The notes beneath the pieces were generated by a model. The model was not told the DNA's origin. It did not search any database and saw only the letters and a program-made list of their open reading frames with translations. A stretch of DNA of 64,000 nt from Candidatus Parvarchaeota archaeon. GTDB taxonomy: Archaea > Nanobdellota > Nanobdellia > WJKC01. Where the stretch lies: the NCBI GenBank assembly GCA_030615175.1, contig JAUWZX010000001.1:588044-652043 (forward strand). The letters run 5' to 3'. Shown one piece after another: positions 9,374-17,478 of this stretch. Position 1 is the first letter of the stretch. Each line of letters starts with the position of its first letter. Position numbers and translations under genes: made by a program.

Positions 9374-9444
9374 ACTCATTATATACTCAAGGGGGTTGCT
9401 CAAGGGGGCTTGCCCCCGAGAAGGACCTGGTGAGGCGAAGATGA
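9350..9444 (+). repeat. 24-bp direct repeat pair (9350..9373, 9421..9444) flanking a 47-bp G/C-run insert
   Basis: AAGGACCTGGTGAGGCGAAGATGA occurs twice. The insert 9374..9420 contains tandem CTCAAGGGGG(C)TTG and the palindrome GGGGGCTTGCCCCC (9404..9417). Confidence 0.85.
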
Positions 9445-9839
9445 TTAGGAAGTCGCCGTGGGTTACTTTTTATGATATTGGAGGATGCAACGGGTGCACG
9501 CTTGAATGGAATGCCGCTATAAGCCCTGTCTACGACCTTGAACGCTTCGGCATTAAATTAGTTGACAGCCCTAAGCATGCTGACATAGTAATAATTGCCG
9601 GCACAATAACCACTCAGTCACTTGAAAGCCTTAGGAGAATATTAAAGAATACTCCTAAGCCGAGAAAAATAATTGCTCTTGGCTCGTGCGCTATTTCAGG
9701 AGGATTATTCAAGCAGTCATATAATTCAAAAGGTCCTCTAGACCATTTAGTGAATGTTGACATGTACATTCCTGGCTGCCCTCCAAAGCCTGAAGCAATC
9801 ATTCACGGCTTGCTGAAAGCACTCGGGAGGAAGGAATGA
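9441..9839 (+). CDS. [NiFe]-hydrogenase small subunit, NuoB/MbhJ/EchC-like
   Basis: MIRKSPWVTFYDIGGCNGC..GSCA..GCPPKPE carries the four Cys of the proximal [4Fe-4S] cluster. Start set to ATG 9441, preceded by GGTGAGG. The track's TTG 9396 lies inside the insert. Confidence 0.85.
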   Translation: MIRKSPWVTFYDIGGCNGCTLEWNAAISPVYDLERFGIKLVDSPKHADIVIIAGTITTQSLESLRRILKNTPKPRKIIALGSCAISGGLFKQSYNSKGPLDHLVNVDMYIPGCPPKPEAIIHGLLKALGRKE

Positions 9840-10147
9840 AAGAGTTTTCAGAAAGAGTAAAGAAGCATAAAGGAGAGAGATTAATTTCAATAGTCTGCAC
9901 TGACATGCCTAATAGTTTTGAATTAAAATACTTCTTTGATGATAAAGGCGTTGTGTCAGTAGATGAGTTCAGGATTCCTAAGAAGAGACCTGTCATTCAT
10001 TCAATTATTAAATCATTCCCTGTTGCATCCTTTTACGAAAGAGAGATATTTGAAGGCTTTGGAGTTAAGTTCAGGGGTCATGAATTAAAGAAATTATTCC
10101 TTGCTGATAATTTTGAAACAAAATACCCTATGCGGAGGTATGATTAA
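9836..10147 (+). CDS. NuoC/MbhK-like hydrogenase subunit (short)
   Basis: 103 aa. Sits between the NuoB-like and NuoD-like genes with ATGA overlap. ..SFYEREIFEGFGVKFRGH.. resembles the NuoC core motif (E.E..d.fGi.f.gH). Confidence 0.65.
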   Translation: MKEFSERVKKHKGERLISIVCTDMPNSFELKYFFDDKGVVSVDEFRIPKKRPVIHSIIKSFPVASFYEREIFEGFGVKFRGHELKKLFLADNFETKYPMRRYD

Positions 10148-11299
10148 ATGCATAATCTTAAATTCCCTATTGGACCGCAGCATCCGGGAGTTAAGGAGCC
10201 TATTTACTTGAAAGTGTTTGCTGAAGGCGACACTGTTACAAAGGCTGAGTTCAGAGGAGGGTACGTTCACAGGGGGATGGAGAAATTAATGGAAGGGCAG
10301 GAAACTATTACTGCAATGCATAGTGCTGAAAAGATTTGCGGTATTTGCAGTTATGCTCATAATTCATGCCTTACTAATGCGATTGAAGGCATTCTAAGGA
10401 TTAACCCTTCATTAAGCGTTAAGATGACTCGCAACGTTATCGGCGAACTTGAGAGGATTCATTCTCACTTAATGTGGCTTGGATTCTTATTCCATGATGC
10501 TGGATTCGACACTTTATTCATGTATTACTGGCGTGAGAGGGAGAAAGTATTGGAATTATTTGAAAAGATTACCGGGCAGAGAGTTCACCACGCTATTAAC
10601 TTCATTGGCACGACAAAGATTAATATCAGCGAGTCTGACAAGTTATGGATTAATAAGACTCTTAGAGGCATTAAAGAAAAAGTGAATGATTATTATAAGG
10701 ATTTAATTAATAATTCAGTGATTAAGGAAAGATTCAGTGGAGTGGGATTCATCAGTAAGGATTACGCATCACTCTATAATACTGTTGGCCCGACTGCTCG
10801 CGCGTCAGGCATTCAATGGGATACAAGGCTTACTGGTTATTCAGGATTTAATGAATTAAGTTTTGAAGCAATAACTAGCAGGGATTGTGATGTTTACGCC
10901 AGGACTATTGTCAGAATTAAAGAGATTACTGAATCAATTAATATTATTGAACAAGCATTGGAGAAGATTACTAAGCCAGCGCCTGCGTGGAAGGAAACAT
11001 GGATTAAGAGGGGTGAGGGTTACGCGCGCGTTGAAGCTCCTCGCGGAGAATTATTTTATTACATTTCTGTTAAGAAGAATCATTTGCTGCGCGTCAAGGT
11101 TAAGACGCCTACTTTTAATAATTTCCCAGTACTGCTTAAAATACTTGAAGGCGAGAAGTTGTCTAATATTCCATTAATTGTTGCAAGCATTGACCCGTGC
11201 ATTAGTTGCATGGAGCGCTTACTATTAGTTAAGGATGGGAGGAGTAATATTCTTTCAAAGCATGAATTCCTGAGGAGGTATTGCGGTCATGGGCATTAA
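10148..11299 (+). CDS. group 4 [NiFe]-hydrogenase large subunit (MbhL/EchE/NuoD-like)
   Basis: 383 aa. N-terminal Ni-Fe ligand motif AEKICGICSYAHNS (RxCGxCxxxH type) and C-terminal DPCISCMER (DPCxxCxxR). Confidence 0.85.
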   Translation: MHNLKFPIGPQHPGVKEPIYLKVFAEGDTVTKAEFRGGYVHRGMEKLMEGQETITAMHSAEKICGICSYAHNSCLTNAIEGILRINPSLSVKMTRNVIGELERIHSHLMWLGFLFHDAGFDTLFMYYWREREKVLELFEKITGQRVHHAINFIGTTKINISESDKLWINKTLRGIKEKVNDYYKDLINNSVIKERFSGVGFISKDYASLYNTVGPTARASGIQWDTRLTGYSGFNELSFEAITSRDCDVYARTIVRIKEITESINIIEQALEKITKPAPAWKETWIKRGEGYARVEAPRGELFYYISVKKNHLLRVKVKTPTFNNFPVLLKILEGEKLSNIPLIVASIDPCISCMERLLLVKDGRSNILSKHEFLRRYCGHGH

Positions 11300-12119
11300 G
11301 TTAGTGTTAACAGCTCTTCCAGTTGCAGTATTACTTGAAGGCGTCAGGCGCAAGTTAATGGCTCGCTTTCAGGGCAGGAAGGGTCCTCCAGTCATCCAGC
11401 CTTTCTATGATTTAATCAAGTTATTCAATAAAGAAAGGACTGAGGCAAGCGAGAGCAGGAACTTGATTTTCTATGCAGCGCCAGTAATTAGTCTTGCAAT
11501 AATGATTTTTAATTATTTAATACTCTTCGGAGTGCTTGGTTTTAATTATGATTTCGTGTTATTCATTTACTTATTCACTACTGCAGGCGTGATATTAATT
11601 ATTGGTTCATTGTCAAGCAAGTCGCCATTGTCATTCGTTGGCGGCGTGAGAGAGATTCTTTACTTAATTGCTTATGAAGTTATTTTCATCTTCACTGCCC
11701 TGAATCTTATTTCAAAGTCAGGTGAGTTAATGCTATCAAATTATAATAATGCAGGATTATTTATTGCTCCTGTTTCATCAGTGCTATTATTAATTGCTGG
11801 TTTCGCTATTCTGAAAGTAACTCCTTTTGACTCGCCTGCAGCGAGTGCTGAGATTAGTTCATCAATGACTGCTGAGTATAGCGGCAAGTTATTATTCGCT
11901 TATGAGTTAGCTGACTTCTTTAAGAATGGCTTGTTCTACTTTACTGCTGCAATATTATTGTTCGGCAGGAATACTTATTCATTAATCTTTATTCCTGCAT
12001 TACTGCTGTTCTATGCTTTAATGAATGCTACAACGCCTCGCTATTCTTTCATTAGGAGTACAAGTCACTTATTATTCATTGCTTTATTATCAATTATTAG
12101 TGGTGGTCTCGGTGTTTGA
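11289..12119 (+). CDS. NuoH/MbhM/EchB-like integral membrane subunit
   Basis: 276 aa. N-terminal ..RRKLMARFQGRKGPPVIQPFYDLIKLFNKE is the NuoH/HycD signature, followed by multiple TM segments. Confidence 0.8.
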   Translation: MGIKLVLTALPVAVLLEGVRRKLMARFQGRKGPPVIQPFYDLIKLFNKERTEASESRNLIFYAAPVISLAIMIFNYLILFGVLGFNYDFVLFIYLFTTAGVILIIGSLSSKSPLSFVGGVREILYLIAYEVIFIFTALNLISKSGELMLSNYNNAGLFIAPVSSVLLLIAGFAILKVTPFDSPAASAEISSSMTAEYSGKLLFAYELADFFKNGLFYFTAAILLFGRNTYSLIFIPALLLFYALMNATTPRYSFIRSTSHLLFIALLSIISGGLGV

Positions 12120-12438
12120 AATCATTAAGGAAGCGCTTAAGCATTTATTCAGTAAGCCTGACACTATTAATTACCCGTTAAGTAAGCGTGAAGTAGGACA
12201 TGAATTCAGGGGCAGGCACGTGTTCATGGAGGAGCGCTGCACTGCTTGCGGTTTATGCGAGGAGCGGTGCCCGAGCCAGTGCATTAAGTTATTAGAGGAT
12301 GAGAAGCGCATAATCATTGACCTTGACGCTTGCATGTTCTGCGGTTTATGCAGGGATGTCTGCCCTGTTGATGCAATCCAATTCAGCGATGAATACGAAC
12401 TCGCAACCAGTAATAAGGAAGAATTATTCGTTGATTAA
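12100..12438 (+). CDS. NuoI/MbhN/EchF-like 2x[4Fe-4S] ferredoxin subunit
   Basis: CTACGLCEERCP and CMFCGLCRDVCP motifs. Start placed at in-frame GTG 12100 (alternatives 12103, 12112). The track's 12025 start would overlap the NuoH-like gene by about 95 nt. Confidence 0.75.
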   Translation: MVVSVFEIIKEALKHLFSKPDTINYPLSKREVGHEFRGRHVFMEERCTACGLCEERCPSQCIKLLEDEKRIIIDLDACMFCGLCRDVCPVDAIQFSDEYELATSNKEELFVD

Positions 12439-12648
12439 AGTACTTGAAGAAGGGTTTAATAATAATTCATTAATCATTACTGCTTCCTCTTCACTGACTT
12501 TCTTAATGACTAAGTCATTGAATGTTATTACATAATCATCTTCTTTTAATTCCATTGTAGTCCCGCATTCCTTCCTGCCGTAAGGGCTTAGAATAGTAAC
12601 TGAGTCACCATTAACTTTCAGCACTTTGCCAGGCACGCCAATGCACAT
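12424..12648 (-). CDS. hypC: hydrogenase assembly chaperone HypC/HupF
   Basis: 74 aa starting MCIGVPGKV, the conserved N-terminal Cys motif. Convergent with the hydrogenase operon, 15-nt end overlap. Confidence 0.8.
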   Translation of the reverse strand: MCIGVPGKVLKVNGDSVTILSPYGRKECGTTMELKEDDYVITFNDLVIKKVSEEEAVMINELLLNPSSSTLINE

Positions 12649-12655
12649 TGAATTA

Positions 12656-13570
12656 TTAAGAAACTGTTTCAGTATATAAATTATCAGATTCGCTTTTAAC
12701 TAATTTTTTAATGAACGCGTTAATCCTGTACTCCCAATCCCGATAATTATCCCTCATCTTCTTGCGCTCCTCCTTGGTTTTTTCTTTATTATTAAAGAAC
12801 ATGGTTAGTGCCTTATCATCAGCAACTAATTTATCCTTCCATTTATAAGAATTTAATGCTTCCTCAAGCTCGTCGTACCCTATTTCACCATCAATAATCT
12901 TCTTTTTTAACAATGTTCTTTTAGGAATCATGCGTTCGGTTAATTTCTTAGAGCTATAATTAATTGATTTACCTCCAAGCAAGCCAGCACCTGCAAGACC
13001 AAGCTCCCAAAGATAGAATTCAAGTGTTGTTATTGTACCCGTATTCATTTTTAAACCAAAAAAGTACACTTCCGCGTTAGCCAGGTTAGGCCATACTCCG
13101 AACAAGTCAGGAATCGGCCTGCCCATTATAGGATACCATATAGTGTCATGTATGAAGAATGCAAGCCCTATAGACCCAGCAAGATAAAAAGCTTTTCTTG
13201 CAAAGTCAACAGGATTCTTAGGCTTACTGCCTACCAGGAAAGCAATGCCAACAGTTGTTGGCAGGAATAAATTAAGATAATGAACTGGACTGATTAATTC
13301 ATGACCATCAACTATTTTTTGCCCAAGAGTGAATAATATCTGGTCAACTGACAGGCTTGACAGCAAAAAAGCTGCAGTGCCGCCAGCAAGATAAGGCATG
13401 GCTTTCCTTAAATTACTCTTCTTTTTTTCAGGCTTGTATATCCCTGGTTTATCAAGCACTTCAACCATGTGCTCCATCAGGGTTGCGTACTCTCCTTCAA
13501 ATTTAACGGTTTTATTAGTGAAATCAACAGTTTCTTCATTAAGCATGGATTCTAATTTTTTACTGACCAT
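12656..13570 (-). CDS. membrane protein with C-terminal charged helical tail
   Basis: 304 aa. Several hydrophobic segments in the middle and a Lys/Glu-rich C-terminal region. Divergent from the ArsA-like pair. Confidence 0.5.
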   Translation of the reverse strand: MVSKKLESMLNEETVDFTNKTVKFEGEYATLMEHMVEVLDKPGIYKPEKKKSNLRKAMPYLAGGTAAFLLSSLSVDQILFTLGQKIVDGHELISPVHYLNLFLPTTVGIAFLVGSKPKNPVDFARKAFYLAGSIGLAFFIHDTIWYPIMGRPIPDLFGVWPNLANAEVYFFGLKMNTGTITTLEFYLWELGLAGAGLLGGKSINYSSKKLTERMIPKRTLLKKKIIDGEIGYDELEEALNSYKWKDKLVADDKALTMFFNNKEKTKEERKKMRDNYRDWEYRINAFIKKLVKSESDNLYTETVS

Positions 13571-13656
13571 AACTTAATCCCTATTGAGAGAGGATATTTA
13601 AGATTTATTGCAATAGAGAAAAATATTTATTCTTGATTGCCTCTTCACTTGACAAT

Positions 13657-15126
13657 ATGAGTTTGGAAAAATTGTTAGATTCAGGGATTAAATTATTATT
13701 ATTCGGCGGTAAAGGAGGTGTTGGCAAGACAACGTGCGCGGTTGCCTGCGGGTTCTACGCTGCTAAGAATAAAGGTCTTAAAACGCTTGTAATATCAACT
13801 GACCCTGCTCACTCGCTCACTGACTCGCTTGACATGCCATATGATAAAGGAATAATAACCAGGGTAATTGATAACTTCTATGCCATACAGTTAGACCCGC
13901 AAAAGAGTTTATGGGACCAGTCATACTTCATGAACCTTCAGATGATTAAGATGTCAATGAATCCTTCATTAAATGAAGCTTACGTGAATTCATCATTAAT
14001 AACTGAAGATAAGATTAAGGAATTAATGGATGAGTTCAGGGATATTGATTTAATCACAATCACTTATTCATTAATCCTTAATAAAGGAGAAATTGATAAT
14101 GCAAAGAAATTAATAAAATACGCTGACAGTAAAGCCGATGAACTTGCTGAAAAAATTAATAATCCTAATTATAAGAGGAATCATGCCATGGCAACCTTAA
14201 TCATGTCTGGAGAGGATTATTCCACTGCAGAAGAAATCAGCAAGGATATCCTTAAGTGCATGCCAATAAACTGTAAGGACTTCTCATTAACTCCAGGGCA
14301 AATGGAGAGGCACTCTTTCAACGTGATTTACTCAATGACTAAATCAATTGATTCAGGTAAAGCGGATTATGACCTTGTTATTATAGACACGGCTCCAACA
14401 GGGCATACTCTTGAAATGCTTTCTCAGGCGCATTTGCTGCGGGATGAAGATGGTTATAGATGGATGATGAAGACTCTTCTTCCTGTTTCATGGACAATAA
14501 TGAAGACTGTTAGGGGCGTGAAAGTAGTTAATAAATTCTTTAAGCGATTACTTGGCAGGGATTCTAAAAAAACAATAGATAAAATACCAGGATTAAGAGA
14601 GCAGTATAAACAATTAAAAGTTCTTGCAGAGGAATTCGCTCCTGTAATGGACTGGTTTTCTGATTGCACGAAAAGTTATTTCATACCAGTAGTGATACCA
14701 ACTGAAATGGCTTTTGAGGAAACACTTGACTTGGTGGGAAGGTTAAGTGAATTTGAATTAGGTTGTTATAAACTCATGGCTCCAAAATCCTATTATGATA
14801 AAAGCATAGGAGAGCATGATTCCTTAAAGTTATTCCATAAGGATTATCCAAGGTATATTATCATGAACTCCCTGCTCTGTAATGAAACAATTGATATAAT
14901 GAAGAGGATAGGAGTCAAGGAATTACCCTCTGAGGACTGCGGGTTCTGCCGGATGCAGGTTTCAGAACATGAATCCATGCTTAAAAAAGTACTTGATTAT
15001 GATTATGACTTAGGCGACACCGTGATATTAATACCAGACCTCCCATGGGAAGTTAGGGGTCTTGAAAGAATCGAGTTATTCTCAAAACTGCTTGTAGAGG
15101 GGGGGGAATTAATTGCCTTTAAGTGA
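13657..15126 (+). CDS. ArsA/Get3-family ATPase, paralog 1 (long helical insert)
   Basis: GGKGGVGKTT P-loop, STDPAHSL, IDTAPTGHTLEM, C-terminal CGFC. ATG 13657 is preferred over the track's TTG 13633. Confidence 0.8.
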   Translation: MSLEKLLDSGIKLLLFGGKGGVGKTTCAVACGFYAAKNKGLKTLVISTDPAHSLTDSLDMPYDKGIITRVIDNFYAIQLDPQKSLWDQSYFMNLQMIKMSMNPSLNEAYVNSSLITEDKIKELMDEFRDIDLITITYSLILNKGEIDNAKKLIKYADSKADELAEKINNPNYKRNHAMATLIMSGEDYSTAEEISKDILKCMPINCKDFSLTPGQMERHSFNVIYSMTKSIDSGKADYDLVIIDTAPTGHTLEMLSQAHLLRDEDGYRWMMKTLLPVSWTIMKTVRGVKVVNKFFKRLLGRDSKKTIDKIPGLREQYKQLKVLAEEFAPVMDWFSDCTKSYFIPVVIPTEMAFEETLDLVGRLSEFELGCYKLMAPKSYYDKSIGEHDSLKLFHKDYPRYIIMNSLLCNETIDIMKRIGVKELPSEDCGFCRMQVSEHESMLKKVLDYDYDLGDTVILIPDLPWEVRGLERIELFSKLLVEGGELIAFK

Positions 15127-16255
15127 ATTACTGGATAAGAAGCTTGTCGTATTCTGCGGTAAAGGAGGTGTTGGGAAAACCACTATTGCATCATCCTTTT
15201 CAGTTGGTGCTAGTGATGAAGGCAGGAAAACCCTTATAGTGTCAATAGACCCTGCTCACTCGCTTAGCGACTGCTTCGGAGTTAAATTAGACCACACGAT
15301 AAGGAATGTGAAGGATAACTTGGATGCTGTTGAACTTGAGTCGAGAGTTCAATTCTGGGAGCAGTTAAAGGATTTCAAGAATGAGGTTGGATTAACAGAT
15401 AAGGAGTTCCCAATCCCCAAGAACTGGAGAGAAGTTAAGATAGGAGTCGGTCAGAATGAGTCCCATGCTTTCATGGCAATATCTGACTTGCTTTTAAGCA
15501 GTTCATTAAGCAAGGAGTATGACTTATTCATTATTGACACTGCACCAACAGGTCACACTCTCAAATTGCTTGGCTTAACTAAATACTTCTCAACATATCA
15601 GGGAAGAGTTGAACTGCGCTCATGGAAGAGAGGGGATGCGTGGAGGAAGATGACTAAAAGGAAATCCAACCCGCACGCGTATAAGCTTAGAGTTGATAAT
15701 ACATTAAAAAATTTAATGAACTACTTCTCTAATCCTGAATTAACATGTTTTATTCCAGTATTCATTCCAACTGAAATGGCAATAAATGAAACCTTAAGGC
15801 TTATTGAAGAATTATTTGACATCTTTACTAATTATAGGTCATTACTTGATGGAGAGGATTATGATTTCATCGCTCCTTTTGACCCTATGTTCATGGCAGC
15901 TAAAGTGCATTTTGGAAGGTTTGACTTGTTGAATGGCGCGACTGTTGGAGAATTAATAAATGAAATTATAGAGGATAAGAATAAGAAAGAGCCAAGGAAG
16001 TATTTCATTTTGAACATGATGAGTGGCGGCGAGGAGGATGGAATTCTTGAATCCTTTGGCTTTCCAGGAAGATGTTCATGTACTTACTGTGATTCAAAGA
16101 AGCGTGACGCGGAGAAAAACTTGAAGTACTTTATAGAAAACTTTAATGAATTATCTGATAATCATGAATTAATAAGGGTGCCTTACTTCCCAAGAGAAGT
16201 TAAGGGTATTAACATGCTCAGAACCTGCTACAAAGTCCTGTCAGGTGAAGTTTAA
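15113..16255 (+). CDS. ArsA/Get3-family ATPase, paralog 2
   Basis: GKGGVGKTT, SIDPAHSL, IDTAPTGHTLKL, C-terminal CSCTYC. TTG start overlaps paralog 1 by 14 nt. Confidence 0.75.
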   Translation: MPLSELLDKKLVVFCGKGGVGKTTIASSFSVGASDEGRKTLIVSIDPAHSLSDCFGVKLDHTIRNVKDNLDAVELESRVQFWEQLKDFKNEVGLTDKEFPIPKNWREVKIGVGQNESHAFMAISDLLLSSSLSKEYDLFIIDTAPTGHTLKLLGLTKYFSTYQGRVELRSWKRGDAWRKMTKRKSNPHAYKLRVDNTLKNLMNYFSNPELTCFIPVFIPTEMAINETLRLIEELFDIFTNYRSLLDGEDYDFIAPFDPMFMAAKVHFGRFDLLNGATVGELINEIIEDKNKKEPRKYFILNMMSGGEEDGILESFGFPGRCSCTYCDSKKRDAEKNLKYFIENFNELSDNHELIRVPYFPREVKGINMLRTCYKVLSGEV

Positions 16256-16281
16256 ATACGCGCTTTCATTAATTATAAGTT

Positions 16282-17424
16282 ATGCATTCAATAATCATTC
16301 ATTATGCTGAAATAGGATTAAAGAAAGGCAAGAGAGCTTTTTTTGAGAATAAATTAATGCATAACATTGAGAAAAAAACAGGGTTCAGGCCTGAAAGGCA
16401 TTATGGTAGTTTAATAATTGATGGCGTAAGCCAGAAAAAGTATGAATTAATTAAGAATGAATTAAGTAACACGCCGGGCATAGCATACTTCTGCCATGCA
16501 TTAAAGGCAACTTTAACAATTAATTCAATCATTAATAAAGCAGGCAAATTATTAGGTAAGAATAAAACATTCAAGGTAGTAACCAAGCGCTCTAATAAGG
16601 CATTCAAGCATACTTCAATTGAAGTGAATAAATTAGTCGGCGAGCACTTCTATAACAAAGGATTTAAAGTTGACGTTCACAATCCAGAGCAGAGATTATA
16701 CATTGAAGTGATTGAGAGGAATGCTTATGTTTATATTGAGAAAATCAGTGGGTTGGGCGGGCTGCCTGTCGGCTCAAGCGGCAAGTTATTATTACTTGTT
16801 TCTGGAGGCATTGACTCGCCAGTAAGTGCTTATTACATGATGAAGCGCGGGTGCAGGATTGAATTCATTCACTTTTATAATGAGAAGGCAGGCGTTAAGG
16901 AAAAAATAATTGAATTAGTTAAAATACTGTCAAAATTTCAGGGCAGGTCAATTATTTACTTAATTCCATTCAGGGACATTCAGAAGGAAATCATTCTTAA
17001 GACTCCTAGTGATAAGCGCATGATTATTTACAGGCGCTTAATGCTCAGGATTGCTGAAAGAATTGCAGAGCAAATAAAAGCCAAGGGACTCATTACTGGC
17101 GACAGCGCAGGACAAGTCGCCAGCCAGACGCTTGATAACCTGAGAGTTATTTGGAATGCAGCGTCCCTGCCTGTTTACGCTCCACTCATCGGCTTTGATA
17201 AGGAGGAAATAATTAATATTGCGAGGAGGATTGGGACTTATGAAACGAGCATACTGCCTTACAGTGACTGCTGCAGTTACCTCGTCGCCAAGCATCCTGA
17301 GACAAGAGCTAAGTTAGAAGACATAGAGAGAATTGAGAAGAGATTAAACATAGAAAGGTTAGTGAATAAAGGACTGAGAAATAAGGAAATCATTCATACC
17401 AGATTGCTTCCAACCCTTTTATGA
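16282..17424 (+). CDS. thiI: tRNA 4-thiouridine synthase ThiI
   Basis: 380 aa. THUMP-type N-terminal half and PP-loop LLVSGGIDSPV. The last codons and the stop lie in the repeat/insert at 17392..17459. Confidence 0.85.
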   Translation: MHSIIIHYAEIGLKKGKRAFFENKLMHNIEKKTGFRPERHYGSLIIDGVSQKKYELIKNELSNTPGIAYFCHALKATLTINSIINKAGKLLGKNKTFKVVTKRSNKAFKHTSIEVNKLVGEHFYNKGFKVDVHNPEQRLYIEVIERNAYVYIEKISGLGGLPVGSSGKLLLLVSGGIDSPVSAYYMMKRGCRIEFIHFYNEKAGVKEKIIELVKILSKFQGRSIIYLIPFRDIQKEIILKTPSDKRMIIYRRLMLRIAERIAEQIKAKGLITGDSAGQVASQTLDNLRVIWNAASLPVYAPLIGFDKEEIINIARRIGTYETSILPYSDCCSYLVAKHPETRAKLEDIERIEKRLNIERLVNKGLRNKEIIHTRLLPTLL

Positions 17425-17478
17425 AAAGCGTTGACGGAAAAAAAGAAAGGAAAGATTCTATTCATACCAGATTGCTTC
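17392..17478. repeat. 19-bp direct repeats (17392..17410, 17460..17478) flanking a 49-bp intron-like insert
   Basis: ATTCATACCAGATTGCTTC occurs twice. The insert 17411..17459 begins CAACCCTTTTATGAAAAGCGTTGACGGAAAA, the core shared with the tRNA-Pro and tRNA-Ser introns. Confidence 0.85.

Noticed and set aside
9396-9440. TTG-extended N-terminus of the NuoB-like subunit (MLKGACPREGPGEAK..)
   Set aside because: The extension is translated from the inserted 47-bp element and the repeat copy. ATG 9441 has a GGTGAGG site upstream and gives the normal family N-terminus.
12025-12099. Upstream extension of the NuoI-like ORF
   Set aside because: It would overlap the NuoH-like gene by about 95 nt and encodes a hydrophobic read-through of the other frame. 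The in-frame GTGs at 12100-12112 give a normal operon junction.
15099-15106. G8 homopolymer just before the junction of the two ArsA-like genes, considered as a slippage site fusing them
   Set aside because: Adding or removing one G runs into a stop within a few codons. The paralog-2 frame is closed by TAA at 15110..15112, so no fusion product is possible. The run simply encodes EGGE.
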